A stretch of 64,000 nt of DNA from Roseibacillus sp. (GTDB lineage Bacteria; Verrucomicrobiota; Verrucomicrobiia; Verrucomicrobiales; Akkermansiaceae), in the NCBI GenBank assembly GCA_965242925.1, contig CBDEUM010000022.1:239993-303992 (forward strand), in the 5' to 3' direction. The notes beneath the pieces were generated by a model. That model was not told the DNA's origin. It ran no database searches and saw only the letters and a list, made by a program, of their open reading frames with translations. Position 1 is the stretch's first letter, and each line of letters starts with the position of its first letter. Shown here piece by piece: positions 36,659 to 46,470 of the stretch. The position numbers and the translations under genes are program-made.

Positions 36659-38098
36659 ATGCCCGGCGAAGCCCCCCCTTCCAGATCTGATGCAGGAACC
36701 TTTCGCCCTTATTGGTTCGATGAGGCTTTGAACCGCGAAGGTGAACCCGAAATCACACCGCTTAACGGACATATTGCTTCTGATGTTTGTATTGTGGGGG
36801 GCGGCTACACCGGATTGTGGACGGCACTCATGCTCAAGGACCAGGATCCCGATATCAAAATCACCATTATCGAGAAAGAACTCTGTGGGTATGGAGCTTC
36901 TGGAAGCAACGGTGGATGCGTTTTGACGCTTGCGACCAAATACTTTTCCTTGTGCCAGTTCTATGGACGGAACGAAGCCAGGAGGCTCGTGAGAGCATCA
37001 GAAGAAGCGGTCCAAAAGATCAAGCAGTATACTGAAGAACACCACATCGACTGTGATTTAAGGATCGATGGAGCCCAATACATTGCCACAAATGACGCGC
37101 AAGTCGGCGTCATGGATGAGGTTATTCAGGCTCTGGAGGAAGAAGGGATCAACTCGTGGGTGCGGCAACCCCTCGGAAAAGCGGTTGAATTTGCAGGAAC
37201 CAATGAAATCAGGGAGGCATTCTTCTCACCCAATGCCGGAAGTGTTCAACCCGCTTTGTTAGTTCGAGGTCTGGTGCGGGTTGCCCGTGAGAAGGGAATT
37301 CAAATTTATGAACACACCCCCATGGATCAAATCCTTTCTGATAAGGCGCGTCCCAAAGTAATGACCCCGCATGGCTCGATTGATGCGGGAAAGATCGTGT
37401 TGGCCATCAATGCATGGATGGCTTCGGAGTTCAGGCAATTCTCCCGAAGCATCGTTGTAGTTTCCTCGGACATGGCTATCACCGAACCCATTCCCGACAA
37501 GCTTGAAGAAGTTGGCCTGACTCATGGAGCTACCATTTGTGATTCGCGCACCTTTGTTCATTATTTCCATACCACCAGCGACGGGCGACTTCTGTTTGGT
37601 AAAGGAGGAAACACCTTTGCCTATGGGTCTAAAATGCTGTCGTTGTTTTTTCAAGCCAGCGCGTATTCATCACAACTTAAAAGAGCCCTCGCGCGATTCT
37701 TTCCAAAATTCAAATCTGCGAAATTGGAACAGACCTGGACCGGCGGTTCTGATCGGTCCACGACAGGGTTTCCATTTTTTGGCAATCTGGACGAGCATCC
37801 CAATATTCACTATGGATTTGGCTATTCCGGGAACGGGATCACGCAATCATGGCTGGGCGGCAGGATTCTGTGCTCTCTTTGCCTGGACCGCGACGATGAA
37901 TGGAGTCGATGCGGTTTTGTCGGTGGGCCCAGAGGATATTTTCCTCCTGAACCCATCCGTTGGATCGGGTCCATGATGGTGCGTAACGCCATTCGACGCA
38001 AAGAAGCGGCCGAAGATGCCGGAGTTCGTCCGAATATTTATGATTCCCTGATGGCTCGTTTTGCAAAATCGGCAGGCAGATCTGATAAGAGGGCCTAG
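36659..38098 (+). CDS. FAD-dependent oxidoreductase, putative aminophosphonate oxidoreductase type (TIGR03329/PbfC-like)
   Basis: DVCIVGGGYTGLWTA, GASGSNGGCVLT..TK, VQPALLVRGL, GKGGNTF and GYSGNG motifs, matching the recalled pattern of this family. Confidence 0.75.
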   Translation: MPGEAPPSRSDAGTFRPYWFDEALNREGEPEITPLNGHIASDVCIVGGGYTGLWTALMLKDQDPDIKITIIEKELCGYGASGSNGGCVLTLATKYFSLCQFYGRNEARRLVRASEEAVQKIKQYTEEHHIDCDLRIDGAQYIATNDAQVGVMDEVIQALEEEGINSWVRQPLGKAVEFAGTNEIREAFFSPNAGSVQPALLVRGLVRVAREKGIQIYEHTPMDQILSDKARPKVMTPHGSIDAGKIVLAINAWMASEFRQFSRSIVVVSSDMAITEPIPDKLEEVGLTHGATICDSRTFVHYFHTTSDGRLLFGKGGNTFAYGSKMLSLFFQASAYSSQLKRALARFFPKFKSAKLEQTWTGGSDRSTTGFPFFGNLDEHPNIHYGFGYSGNGITQSWLGGRILCSLCLDRDDEWSRCGFVGGPRGYFPPEPIRWIGSMMVRNAIRRKEAAEDAGVRPNIYDSLMARFAKSAGRSDKRA

Positions 38099-38214
38099 TA
38101 TCGCGATCAGCCCCAATTGTGAATTTCCTGGCAATAATGGTTTGCTTGATTTCCTGGCAACGGATTCATTGCGATGTCGCGCACGATCATGAACCAGGCG
38201 TATTTTTGATTTAA

Positions 38215-38991
38215 ATGACGATCATACTCTCACCTGCCAAGACCCTCGATTTTGGAGACCAGTGCTTTACAGGAAAACACAGTGTGCCTGATTACCTGCA
38301 GGAGTCCGGGGAACTAATTGCCAAGCTGGTCAAATTGCCCAGGTCGGAGCTCAGGAACCTGATGGGAATCAGTGAAAACCTGGCTGAACTTAATGCCCAA
38401 CGCTACAGGAAGTGGTCGATCCCGTTTACAATCGACAATTCCAAGCAGGCTTTGCTGGCATTCAAGGGAGATGTTTATACCGGGTTTGACTTTGGGAACT
38501 GGAAGGCTGCTGATTTCAACTTTGCCCAGAAGGAGTTGAGAATACTCAGTGGATTATACGGGATCCTCCGCCCTCTTGATTTAATCCAGCCCTATCGCCT
38601 CGAGATGGGCACCCAACTGGCAACCCGGCGCGGAAAAAACCTTTATGCTTTCTGGGGGGAAACAATCACCTCGGCTCTCAATGAAGTGGTGGCCGCAACC
38701 CGTAACAAGTTCCTCGTGAACCTGGCCTCGAATGAGTATTTCAGTGCGGCAAACCCCGATGCCCTGGAAGCTGATGTGGTCTCACCCGTTTTCAAGGATC
38801 TCAAGAACGGAAAATATAAGATCATCAGTTTTTATGCCAAGAAAGCCAGGGGACTGATGGCAGATTTCATCATCCGGAACCGATTGAAGAGCCCCGGCGA
38901 CCTGCACGCTTTTGACCTTGCCGGATATCGTTATGACAAAGCGGGATCCAGCCCGGAAGCGCCCCTATTCCTCAGGGATGCACCCGCTTAA
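38215..38991 (+). CDS. yaaA: Peroxide stress protein YaaA (UPF0246)
   Basis: ILSPAKTLD, LRILSGLYGILRPLDLIQPYRLEMGT, NLASNEY and SFYAKKARG motifs. Confidence 0.95.
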   Translation: MTIILSPAKTLDFGDQCFTGKHSVPDYLQESGELIAKLVKLPRSELRNLMGISENLAELNAQRYRKWSIPFTIDNSKQALLAFKGDVYTGFDFGNWKAADFNFAQKELRILSGLYGILRPLDLIQPYRLEMGTQLATRRGKNLYAFWGETITSALNEVVAATRNKFLVNLASNEYFSAANPDALEADVVSPVFKDLKNGKYKIISFYAKKARGLMADFIIRNRLKSPGDLHAFDLAGYRYDKAGSSPEAPLFLRDAPA

Positions 38992-39107
38992 TTCGGAGTG
39001 GCGGAAGAAGGCCGTCATCTTCAATAAAAGGGCCGGAAACAAAGTCCGAATCGCCCGCTGGCGTAAATAATTCACCAAGGGTCCCCAAAGTCAGATTCCC
39101 GCGAGAG

Positions 39108-42100
39108 TCACTCCGCAGGCCGCGCTTTTAAGAAAGCGATCAGGTCCGCCATTTCCTTCTTCGAGATCGAGGCCTCCAATCCCTCCGGCATGAGGGAGCG
39201 GCCGGTGGAAGAGAAGCTCGCGATCTGATCGCGGCGGATGGTCTGAGCGGTGGACCCGGGTGCGCGCAACTCGACGGTGGTGGCGGTCTCACTCGAGATG
39301 ATCCCGGCGGTCTCTTGGCCGGAACGCAGTTTGAGCTGATAGAGAGTCCAGCGCTCCTCCACTGCGCGATTCGGGTCAAGGATGTCGGAAAGGAGGGCTT
39401 CCGGGGGTTTGTTGCGTGCATCCCGGATGTCCGGGCCAATCGATAAGTTGTCTCCGCTGCGCACGTGACAAGCGGCACAGCCCGCCTTCTCGAAGACCGC
39501 CTTCCCGTGCTGCGCATCGCCGGGACGGAGCGCGTCCTGATAGTCAGCGACAACCTTGGCCCGGTTGGCTTCCATTTTGCCAAAGAGCTCCGCCACAAGA
39601 TCTTTCACGGCGGGATCGGAAGAGCGGCCGAGAGTCCAACGCTTCATGGCGGGCATGAGAGCCGGCGAGATCTCACCGCTCTTCATCTTCTTCATGAGGC
39701 GCAGGGTGGTGGCCTTGTTTCCGGTGATCAGAGTAAGCGCTTCCCGTCGCGGAACGGGCGCGAGGGCATCCCAGCGAGCGAAGAAGAAGTCGGCCACCTT
39801 GCTGCGGTCATGCCGAGTGAGGGCCCGGCAGGCCGCGATCTGGAGTTCGGGGGGCTGCCTTGGGGCGATCAGCTTCTCCATCAGGGGGAAGAGGTTACCC
39901 TGAACGAGGGCGAGCGCGTCGACGCGTTGCGCCACCGGTCGGGAAGCGTCCAGAGCAGTCCGAGCGGCGGACTCCACTGCGGTCCGGATGCCGCCCAGTT
40001 TCTCCTCGAGCGAAGCGGGAGGATCGCCGAGGAGGGCCGCGAGCGACTTGAGCGGCCCGCGTGGCAGTCCGCGGACGAGACCAAGAGCGATGACGGTGAC
40101 CTCCGGCTGCCTGCGACGACTGGCCGCATCCAGCAACCGGGCGAGGTCTTCGACCTTCCCCCGCGCCGCCACAGCCTGGCTGAACTCGAGGAGCACTTCG
40201 GAAACCACCTTTTCCTGGGTGGTGAGGAGATGCACCAGCACAGCGCCCGGGGTCTGGGGCGAGATGCTGAGAATGGCGCGGCGCATCCACGGGTCCATTG
40301 CGTCACGCGCGAGGAGGGCGGCCAGTTGCTCCATCCCGGCCTGCTTTCCGTGTAGGGCGGCGGTCAAAAGGCGCACCCGCGGATCGTGGTGGGCGAGCAA
40401 TTTGGCAAGACGTGGGCGCAGGTTCACATCCTTTCGGCGCGCGGCGGCAAAGATGGCGTTTTCCACCACGCCCGCCACCGGATCCTCGAGGGCTCCGAGC
40501 ACCAGGGCGGCGCTCAAGGCCTCGCCAGTGCGTTCGTGAATCCCCTGCAGAGTCCAGAGCGCGTGCAGGCGGGCGAAAGGAGAATCAGACTCCATCAATA
40601 GGTCTGTTATTTTCTGAACGAGTGCAGCATTCGCTTGCGCAACGAGGAGGCGCTGGGAGTTGATCCGCCGCCAGGGGATGGGGCTGCCGAGTTCTGCGAC
40701 GAGGGCGGCGGGATCTGCCGGGAGCGCTTTGATCCTTCGCGGTTTGGCGCCCCTGGGGGCGAGGCGCCAGATCCGTCCGTGATCGAATCCCGCCCTCATG
40801 TAGTTGGTCTTGGAGAACTCCTCGGGGAAGTAGATGGCGTGGTCGATGAAGCGCCGGTAGAGGTCGCAGAGGTAGAGGGCGCCATCGGGGCCGTTGCGCA
40901 GATTGACCGGGCGGCTCCATTCGTCGGCGGAGACGAGGAAGTCGCGCTTCTCACCGAGGCGGCGCGCTTCCAGGCTTCCGCCCTTGGCGAGGAGGAGGTT
41001 CCGGGTGACGAGCTGGGCGGTGGGATCGCAGACGAAGAGATTTCCGCGCAGGTCCGGCATCCAGTCCCCGCGGTAGACCGCCAGTCCGCAAGCGGAGGTG
41101 TGGGTGCCGGCGTGGGCCACCGAGGTGGTGTGGCTCAGCTCCAGCGGATAGACACGTGCGGCGGACTCTTGGATGTTTTCGTGGGTGGCCGCGAAGCCGG
41201 CGAAGGGATTGCGGTCTGCGAGGGCGCGAGGGAGGACCTCCAGCATCGCCGGGTTGCGGTTGCTGCAGAAAAAGACGCGGCCGAAGTCGTCGAGAGTGGC
41301 GCCAAATTGCCCCACGCCCGACTCCTTGCGCAGTTTGCCGGTGCGCGGATCGTAGACGAGGTTGAAGCCACCGTAGGCAAACTTCTCGGCGGGCTTACCG
41401 GAGGGATGAATCTCCTTCCCGTTGATTCCGTTGTTGAGATGGATGGTGTTGTCTAGTCGCCAGCGGGGGGAAGCGAGTTGAAGCTGGCTGTGTTGGGGCG
41501 TGTTGGTGGTATAGAGCGGGGTACGTTGGTCGGCCACGCCGTCGTCGTTGGTGTCCTTGAGAAATAGGAGGCCTTCGCGAGAGGTGAGCAGAAGACCGCC
41601 GTCAAAGCAGAGCATGCCCTGCACGTCCTTCAAGTTCTCCGCCCAGGTGCGCGCGTGGTCCATTTTTCCGTCCCCATCGCGGTCTTCCAACAAGCGGATG
41701 CGGCCGAGGCGCGGACCGTGTTCGGGCGGGAAGGGATAGTCGCGCATCTCGGCCACGAACATCCGTCCGCGTTCATCCCAGACCACGTCAGCGGGATCGC
41801 ACACCAACGGCTCGGCAGCCACCAGCTGCAATTCATAGTCGCCGTCGATGCGCCAGGCGGCCTGCGATTTCTCCGGGCTCCAGGGTTCACGGCGGGGCAG
41901 GAGCGAGCGGCCGGTCTCCGAGTAACCGGTGTCGGTGGAACGCTGGGCCGGCTTCCAGCCTTCCTTGAACTGTCCCAGCGGCCACAACTCGATGCGACGG
42001 ACGAAGAGCTCGGCACCTTCGCTGCGCAGAGCGAATTTTCCGGCCACCTTGCCGGCGCGCTTGTTGACCTTCTTACCGTTGAGATGCACGAGGAGCTCCT

Positions 42101-42635
42101 TCGCACCGACCACCACCTCCAGGCGATTCCACTCGCCCACCGGATTCTCCAGATCCTTCTCCCCCCGGAATCCCTTGCGGTCGACCCATTCCCAGTGAGC
42201 GTCGGTGCGGGGAAGGCGCTTTCTTTTTTGAGGCAAGTCGCCGGTTCCTGCAACGACCGCTCCGGTGGCGCCCTCCTGCAGGACGACCTCCAGCGAGTCC
42301 CCGATAAGCACGCCGCTCTTGCGCGCCGCATCGCTTCGTTTGCCCCAGGTCTGCTCGCCCCACTTGTACTCGAGCACGAGGTGAAAGCTTGCATAGGTCG
42401 CCTCGGTCCGAAGCGATCCCCACCCCTTTCCCGTGATCTGGAGGAGACGTTTATCCGCCAGACGCCACACGTCTCGTGGTTGGATCGAGAGACTCTCACT
42501 AGCATTGAGATTACCCGTGAAGTTCCGGAACTCTGCATCGGGAAACAGGTCGATCTTCGCTTGCGGTACCACCGGCTCGGCGGCGAGCGGACCAGAACTC
42601 AGGGCGAGGACGAGGAAGGCACGAGTGCTCATCAC
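39108..42635 (-). CDS. DUF1080 + PVC-type membrane-bound dehydrogenase beta-propeller + HEAT repeats + cytochrome c
   Basis: N-terminal LEYKWG...GEWNRLEV; LVAAEPLV.DP, WDERGRMFVAEM and GPDGALY motifs; CAACH, GPD and SLMPEGLE at the C-terminus. Confidence 0.88.
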   Translation of the reverse strand: MMSTRAFLVLALSSGPLAAEPVVPQAKIDLFPDAEFRNFTGNLNASESLSIQPRDVWRLADKRLLQITGKGWGSLRTEATYASFHLVLEYKWGEQTWGKRSDAARKSGVLIGDSLEVVLQEGATGAVVAGTGDLPQKRKRLPRTDAHWEWVDRKGFRGEKDLENPVGEWNRLEVVVGAKELLVHLNGKKVNKRAGKVAGKFALRSEGAELFVRRIELWPLGQFKEGWKPAQRSTDTGYSETGRSLLPRREPWSPEKSQAAWRIDGDYELQLVAAEPLVCDPADVVWDERGRMFVAEMRDYPFPPEHGPRLGRIRLLEDRDGDGKMDHARTWAENLKDVQGMLCFDGGLLLTSREGLLFLKDTNDDGVADQRTPLYTTNTPQHSQLQLASPRWRLDNTIHLNNGINGKEIHPSGKPAEKFAYGGFNLVYDPRTGKLRKESGVGQFGATLDDFGRVFFCSNRNPAMLEVLPRALADRNPFAGFAATHENIQESAARVYPLELSHTTSVAHAGTHTSACGLAVYRGDWMPDLRGNLFVCDPTAQLVTRNLLLAKGGSLEARRLGEKRDFLVSADEWSRPVNLRNGPDGALYLCDLYRRFIDHAIYFPEEFSKTNYMRAGFDHGRIWRLAPRGAKPRRIKALPADPAALVAELGSPIPWRRINSQRLLVAQANAALVQKITDLLMESDSPFARLHALWTLQGIHERTGEALSAALVLGALEDPVAGVVENAIFAAARRKDVNLRPRLAKLLAHHDPRVRLLTAALHGKQAGMEQLAALLARDAMDPWMRRAILSISPQTPGAVLVHLLTTQEKVVSEVLLEFSQAVAARGKVEDLARLLDAASRRRQPEVTVIALGLVRGLPRGPLKSLAALLGDPPASLEEKLGGIRTAVESAARTALDASRPVAQRVDALALVQGNLFPLMEKLIAPRQPPELQIAACRALTRHDRSKVADFFFARWDALAPVPRREALTLITGNKATTLRLMKKMKSGEISPALMPAMKRWTLGRSSDPAVKDLVAELFGKMEANRAKVVADYQDALRPGDAQHGKAVFEKAGCAACHVRSGDNLSIGPDIRDARNKPPEALLSDILDPNRAVEERWTLYQLKLRSGQETAGIISSETATTVELRAPGSTAQTIRRDQIASFSSTGRSLMPEGLEASISKKEMADLIAFLKARPAE

Positions 42636-44791
42636 TTCTTTCCGGCCAGTGATTGCACTTCCTCTTCGGTGAGGGCGCGATCGAAGATCGCGATCTCATC
42701 CAGCCGCCCTTCCCAGTTGTCCTGGTTGTCACTGCGTCCGCCGAAGAAGAGCTGGGGCAGGTGGATACCCGTCTTGGGAACCGTGGGCTGGCGCAGCTCT
42801 TCCACGCCGTTCAGGAAGACGCTCAGACTGGTCTCCGATCGCACCACCGCGAGGTGCTGCCACTCCCAGCGTGGGATCACCGATTTGCCCGCCTGCAGGG
42901 AAAGTTCGCCAGGCCCCCGCTGCAGGATGAGGCGTCCGGCGTGTTCACCTTTGCCCCCGACTCCCGCGTGGAGCGAGCCCGCGGCCAGCCCGTGATCGTG
43001 TCCCCGCGAAACGAGCCAGCCGCTCACCTTGCGTGCGTCGCTGGGCATGCCGTTCCAGAACCAGAGCGAGAGCGACCACTGGTCTGCGAGGCCGGGAGGG
43101 CGCGTGCGCAGGCGTCCCCCGGCGAACATCGCGGCGCGATTAGTTTGGCCGGGGCCACAGAAAAGAGCGGAGCGTGGTCCTTCGAGGTAGTAGGTCACGT
43201 GGGACTCGTAGATCGCATCGTGGCGGTGGGGGCTGGAGTCGAGGGCGCGCGGTCCGGCGAACTCGTCGAGCCGATACCAGGCCGCCGGCTGCAACTGCGC
43301 GATGGCGGATGCGGCCGGTCCGCGGCTTTGTCGAGGATGGCGCCGGGGCACTCCGGTGACCTGCTCCAGCAGAAGCGTGCACGACTCGGCGATGCGCGGT
43401 TCCGCGCTCACTTCCAGTCCGGCCGAGCGGGCGGCCCAGGTGTTGTAGCCGCCGAAGAGATGCTGTTCCGGAGGCGGAATGTAGCCATCGCCACCATTGG
43501 CCAACTCGATCACCATGGTCTTCTCCAGCGGGCTGCTCCCTTTGATCTTCAAGCCCGTGATGGCGTAGGTCTCGTTGGGAGTGGTGGCGATGGCGATATC
43601 CCCGATGCGCAGGGCCTGGGTGACCACTTCGGTTTCCTGCCGCTCATGAAGAATGACCTGTTCCCGTGCGTAGATCTCCTCCTGCGTCTTGGGCAGGCGG
43701 TCGCCCATCTTCTCCACCACCTGCTGCGACCATTCCAGGAGTTGCTTGTCGGGCACGCGGTACTTCAGGGTCATGCGCTGTTCCGCCATGGCGAGGTCCG
43801 CCGCTTCGCGGTACTCGACTGCCTCCAGGACCCCACTGGCCAGGTCGACCAGTCCGGAGGCATACTCTTCGATCTTGGCGAGCTTGTTCCAACTCTCGGG
43901 CAGGGCGTAGTCGCGCCGCCAGATGTCCCCGCTGCAGCCGTGCGACATGATCCCCACGAACTTGCTCCCGGGTTCGGGTGCGAGGCGTTTCTTCAGTCCC
44001 TCGCAGAAAAGACCAAAATAGTCGGCGCTGATTCCATCCTCCCCGGAAAAATAGTGCATCGAGAAGTTGGCGAGCACGGCCAGCGGTTTGCCCTCGCGGG
44101 TCTGAATCGAGATGAGGGAGAGCTCCGGGTCCTCCGGTCCCGATTCGCCCGTGACGTCGTCGAGGTTGCTGGCCGCGTGCATGTTGGCGCGGACGGTGGG
44201 ATTGCCGAAGGGATCATTGACAATGCGGTCGGGTCGCCGGATCCAGCGCCGCAGGGCGGTGAATTCGGGAGCGCTCGTCCTCCCGAAGCCAATGCGGGCC
44301 GGCCGCAGGTCTTTGACCACACGCTCGATGGCCAGGACGAGGCGCTTTTTGAGGAAAGGAACGTAGTTGGGATCGGGCGGCGTGCCCAGCCCTCCCATGC
44401 AGGAACCCGCGGAGTGGGTGTGGGTGGCCGAGATCATGATACGGTCGCCGGGAATCCCGGTCGCTTTGGAAGCATTCTTCTTCACCTCATCGAGAAGGGG
44501 CCGGGGCATCATGCAGCTGTCCACCACCACGATAACCGCGGTGGTCCGTCCGTCGGAGAGGGCTAGGGCCCGCGCTTTGAGGGGTGTCTTGACCTTGTCC
44601 ATCGTGTTGCTCTGAAAGCCGCCGTTCACGATGACGGGAAACTGCTGCGGGGTGACATCGACGACCACCGCGCCGGCCTGGAAGGAGGCCGCGGGACGGC
44701 GTTCGGGCGGGGATTTGGCAGGCAGGAAGCAACACAGGGCTGCGGTGAGCACCAGGGCAAGGAGACTCAAGGAAAGGGCAGGGCGATTCAT
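42632..44791 (-). CDS. Neutral/alkaline ceramidase-like protein with a C-terminal LamG/ConA-like domain
   Basis: SATHTHS, NFSMHY, GCSGD and LANG..GYIP motifs; C-terminal WQHLAVVR...VFLNG...GRLDEIAIFDRAL. Stop overlaps the next start (GTGA). Confidence 0.8.
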   Translation of the reverse strand: MNRPALSLSLLALVLTAALCCFLPAKSPPERRPAASFQAGAVVVDVTPQQFPVIVNGGFQSNTMDKVKTPLKARALALSDGRTTAVIVVVDSCMMPRPLLDEVKKNASKATGIPGDRIMISATHTHSAGSCMGGLGTPPDPNYVPFLKKRLVLAIERVVKDLRPARIGFGRTSAPEFTALRRWIRRPDRIVNDPFGNPTVRANMHAASNLDDVTGESGPEDPELSLISIQTREGKPLAVLANFSMHYFSGEDGISADYFGLFCEGLKKRLAPEPGSKFVGIMSHGCSGDIWRRDYALPESWNKLAKIEEYASGLVDLASGVLEAVEYREAADLAMAEQRMTLKYRVPDKQLLEWSQQVVEKMGDRLPKTQEEIYAREQVILHERQETEVVTQALRIGDIAIATTPNETYAITGLKIKGSSPLEKTMVIELANGGDGYIPPPEQHLFGGYNTWAARSAGLEVSAEPRIAESCTLLLEQVTGVPRRHPRQSRGPAASAIAQLQPAAWYRLDEFAGPRALDSSPHRHDAIYESHVTYYLEGPRSALFCGPGQTNRAAMFAGGRLRTRPPGLADQWSLSLWFWNGMPSDARKVSGWLVSRGHDHGLAAGSLHAGVGGKGEHAGRLILQRGPGELSLQAGKSVIPRWEWQHLAVVRSETSLSVFLNGVEELRQPTVPKTGIHLPQLFFGGRSDNQDNWEGRLDEIAIFDRALTEEEVQSLAGKK

Positions 44792-45156
44792 GGCGTTGGT
44801 TGTTTGGGCGGACCGAATTGAGTAACTTCGAGAGAGTTCGTGATTGCGAAGCACATTCAACACCAATGTTCGGGAATCTGATCTTCTATGTTAGTCTTAC
44901 TCCGTCGCCGAAACCTCTCCAAACATCCCTTTCCCGCGGGAGTTCGCCGCTTTAAACCCGATAGCCTTTACGCTTCTCATAGCTACGAAGCGCGTCCTTT
45001 GCACCCCCACCAACCCCGGGGCTTAAGGTCCCGGAAAATGGGGCTGAAAAAGGAATTCCCTAGCCGTTTGATTGCATCCATGAAGGATCGATTCGCGTAG
45101 ATTCGCGGTCAGCATCTTTTGTCTTCGTCACCGAGCAAGGAACCCATTCAATCAAC

Positions 45157-46056
45157 ATGCAACCTGTAATACTACGAGCGGCGGTTCTGTTGGCGACACT
45201 CAGCGCGGGCTCGATTTGTGTCGCGGCGGAGGCTGGCGCCGGGAAGAAGACCTTCACGTTCCGCATCGAGGATCGGGTTACGATCCGCAGTAATCCGACC
45301 ACGCAGATCGCCATCTCGGTGAAAGAGTGGCCGGGCCAGACCTTTTTGTTGTGGATGCCCGAGGACGTGCGGCCGCTGTGGAACCAGTGGACGCCCGCAG
45401 TCGCCCGGCAAAACTTTTCCAAGACCGAGCGGGGGGGCTTGCTCTGGAGTTTCACCAAGAATCCGGGGGCTGTGATCACGGCCGAGCTGATTCCCCGGGA
45501 GGCGTCGCTGTTGCTGGAGGTCCGGGTGACCAACCGCGGTAGCAAGCCGCTGGCCAACGTGATGGCCCAGAACTGCCTGCACTTCTCGCAGGCGCCGGGA
45601 TTCGCCTGCGACGATTTTTCGCGGATCCATATCCGCACCGGCGGCGCATGGAAGCGGCTCAGCGAGCTAAAGCCCAAGGCCGGGCTGCCGATGTACTACC
45701 GATCCGGATTTCTGGAAGCGAAGCGCCGCGACAGTTGGGGCGGTGACCTTCACCATCTGGTGCAGAAACAGCGAGCCGACCATCCGCTGATCGCCTGCAC
45801 TTCCAAGGATGGACGGCGGACCGTCGCCACCGTCGCGGCGGACTACGAGTGCGTCTATCACAACCGCGACCTGAAATCGAAATACCTGTACTGCATCCAC
45901 AGCCACCAGGCCCCGCTCCCGCTCCTCGCGCCGGGCAAGGAAAAGGTCTTCCGCCAGTGCATCTATTTTCTAGACGGCACCGTGGCCGACTGCGTGCGGG
46001 CCTACGACAAAGATCGCAAGGCCGGCCTGTTTGGAGAGGTGGAGAGCGAGAAGTGA
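45157..46056 (+). CDS. Secreted hypothetical protein (beta-rich)
   Basis: Signal peptide and a 299-aa ORF with GC-rich third codon positions. Confidence 0.7.
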   Translation: MQPVILRAAVLLATLSAGSICVAAEAGAGKKTFTFRIEDRVTIRSNPTTQIAISVKEWPGQTFLLWMPEDVRPLWNQWTPAVARQNFSKTERGGLLWSFTKNPGAVITAELIPREASLLLEVRVTNRGSKPLANVMAQNCLHFSQAPGFACDDFSRIHIRTGGAWKRLSELKPKAGLPMYYRSGFLEAKRRDSWGGDLHHLVQKQRADHPLIACTSKDGRRTVATVAADYECVYHNRDLKSKYLYCIHSHQAPLPLLAPGKEKVFRQCIYFLDGTVADCVRAYDKDRKAGLFGEVESEK

Positions 46057-46372
46057 GGCGTGAGGGGATGCTGTTTGATAGGCTGCGGTGGTCCACCTCA
46101 CCTGGAAAACCTTTCCGCCTTCTACCGCACCGTGAACTCCGCACCCTCGCTGTGGCACGGATCGACCGGACACCCCTCGTCGTCGAGATTCCAGAATGCG
46201 ACGCCCGTGCTCGTCGTGACCCGGCCGACCATTTTCCGGCTGTCCGTAAAGTTGACGAAGAAGACCATCCGACGTCCGTGTCGATCTGGAGGGCCTACGC
46301 TTCGTGATCTGCAACGATCCACCCCCCGTCTGTTACGATCAGCTGCTTCAGAGCCCCCACCTATGGCGCCGA

Positions 46373-46470
46373 GGATTCGCACCACGACGAGCTATAAAGT
46401 GACCGACCCTTTTCTTTTTGTGGATTCGCGCTACGACGAGCTATAAAGTGACGGACACTTTTCTCTATAT
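46373..46470. repeat. 49-bp tandem duplication containing a small palindrome
   Basis: 46373-46421 vs 46422-46470 are 42/49 identical by hand alignment; copy 2 contains aaagtg-acgga-cacttt. Confidence 0.85.

Noticed and set aside
38129..38172. Sigma54 promoter (TGGCA...TTGC)
   Set aside because: GG-to-GC spacing is 2-3 nt too long in both candidates.
46060..46372. Small gene on either strand between the hypothetical and FGE-domain genes
   Set aside because: No recognisable motif or convincing start; possibly a remnant but unsupported.
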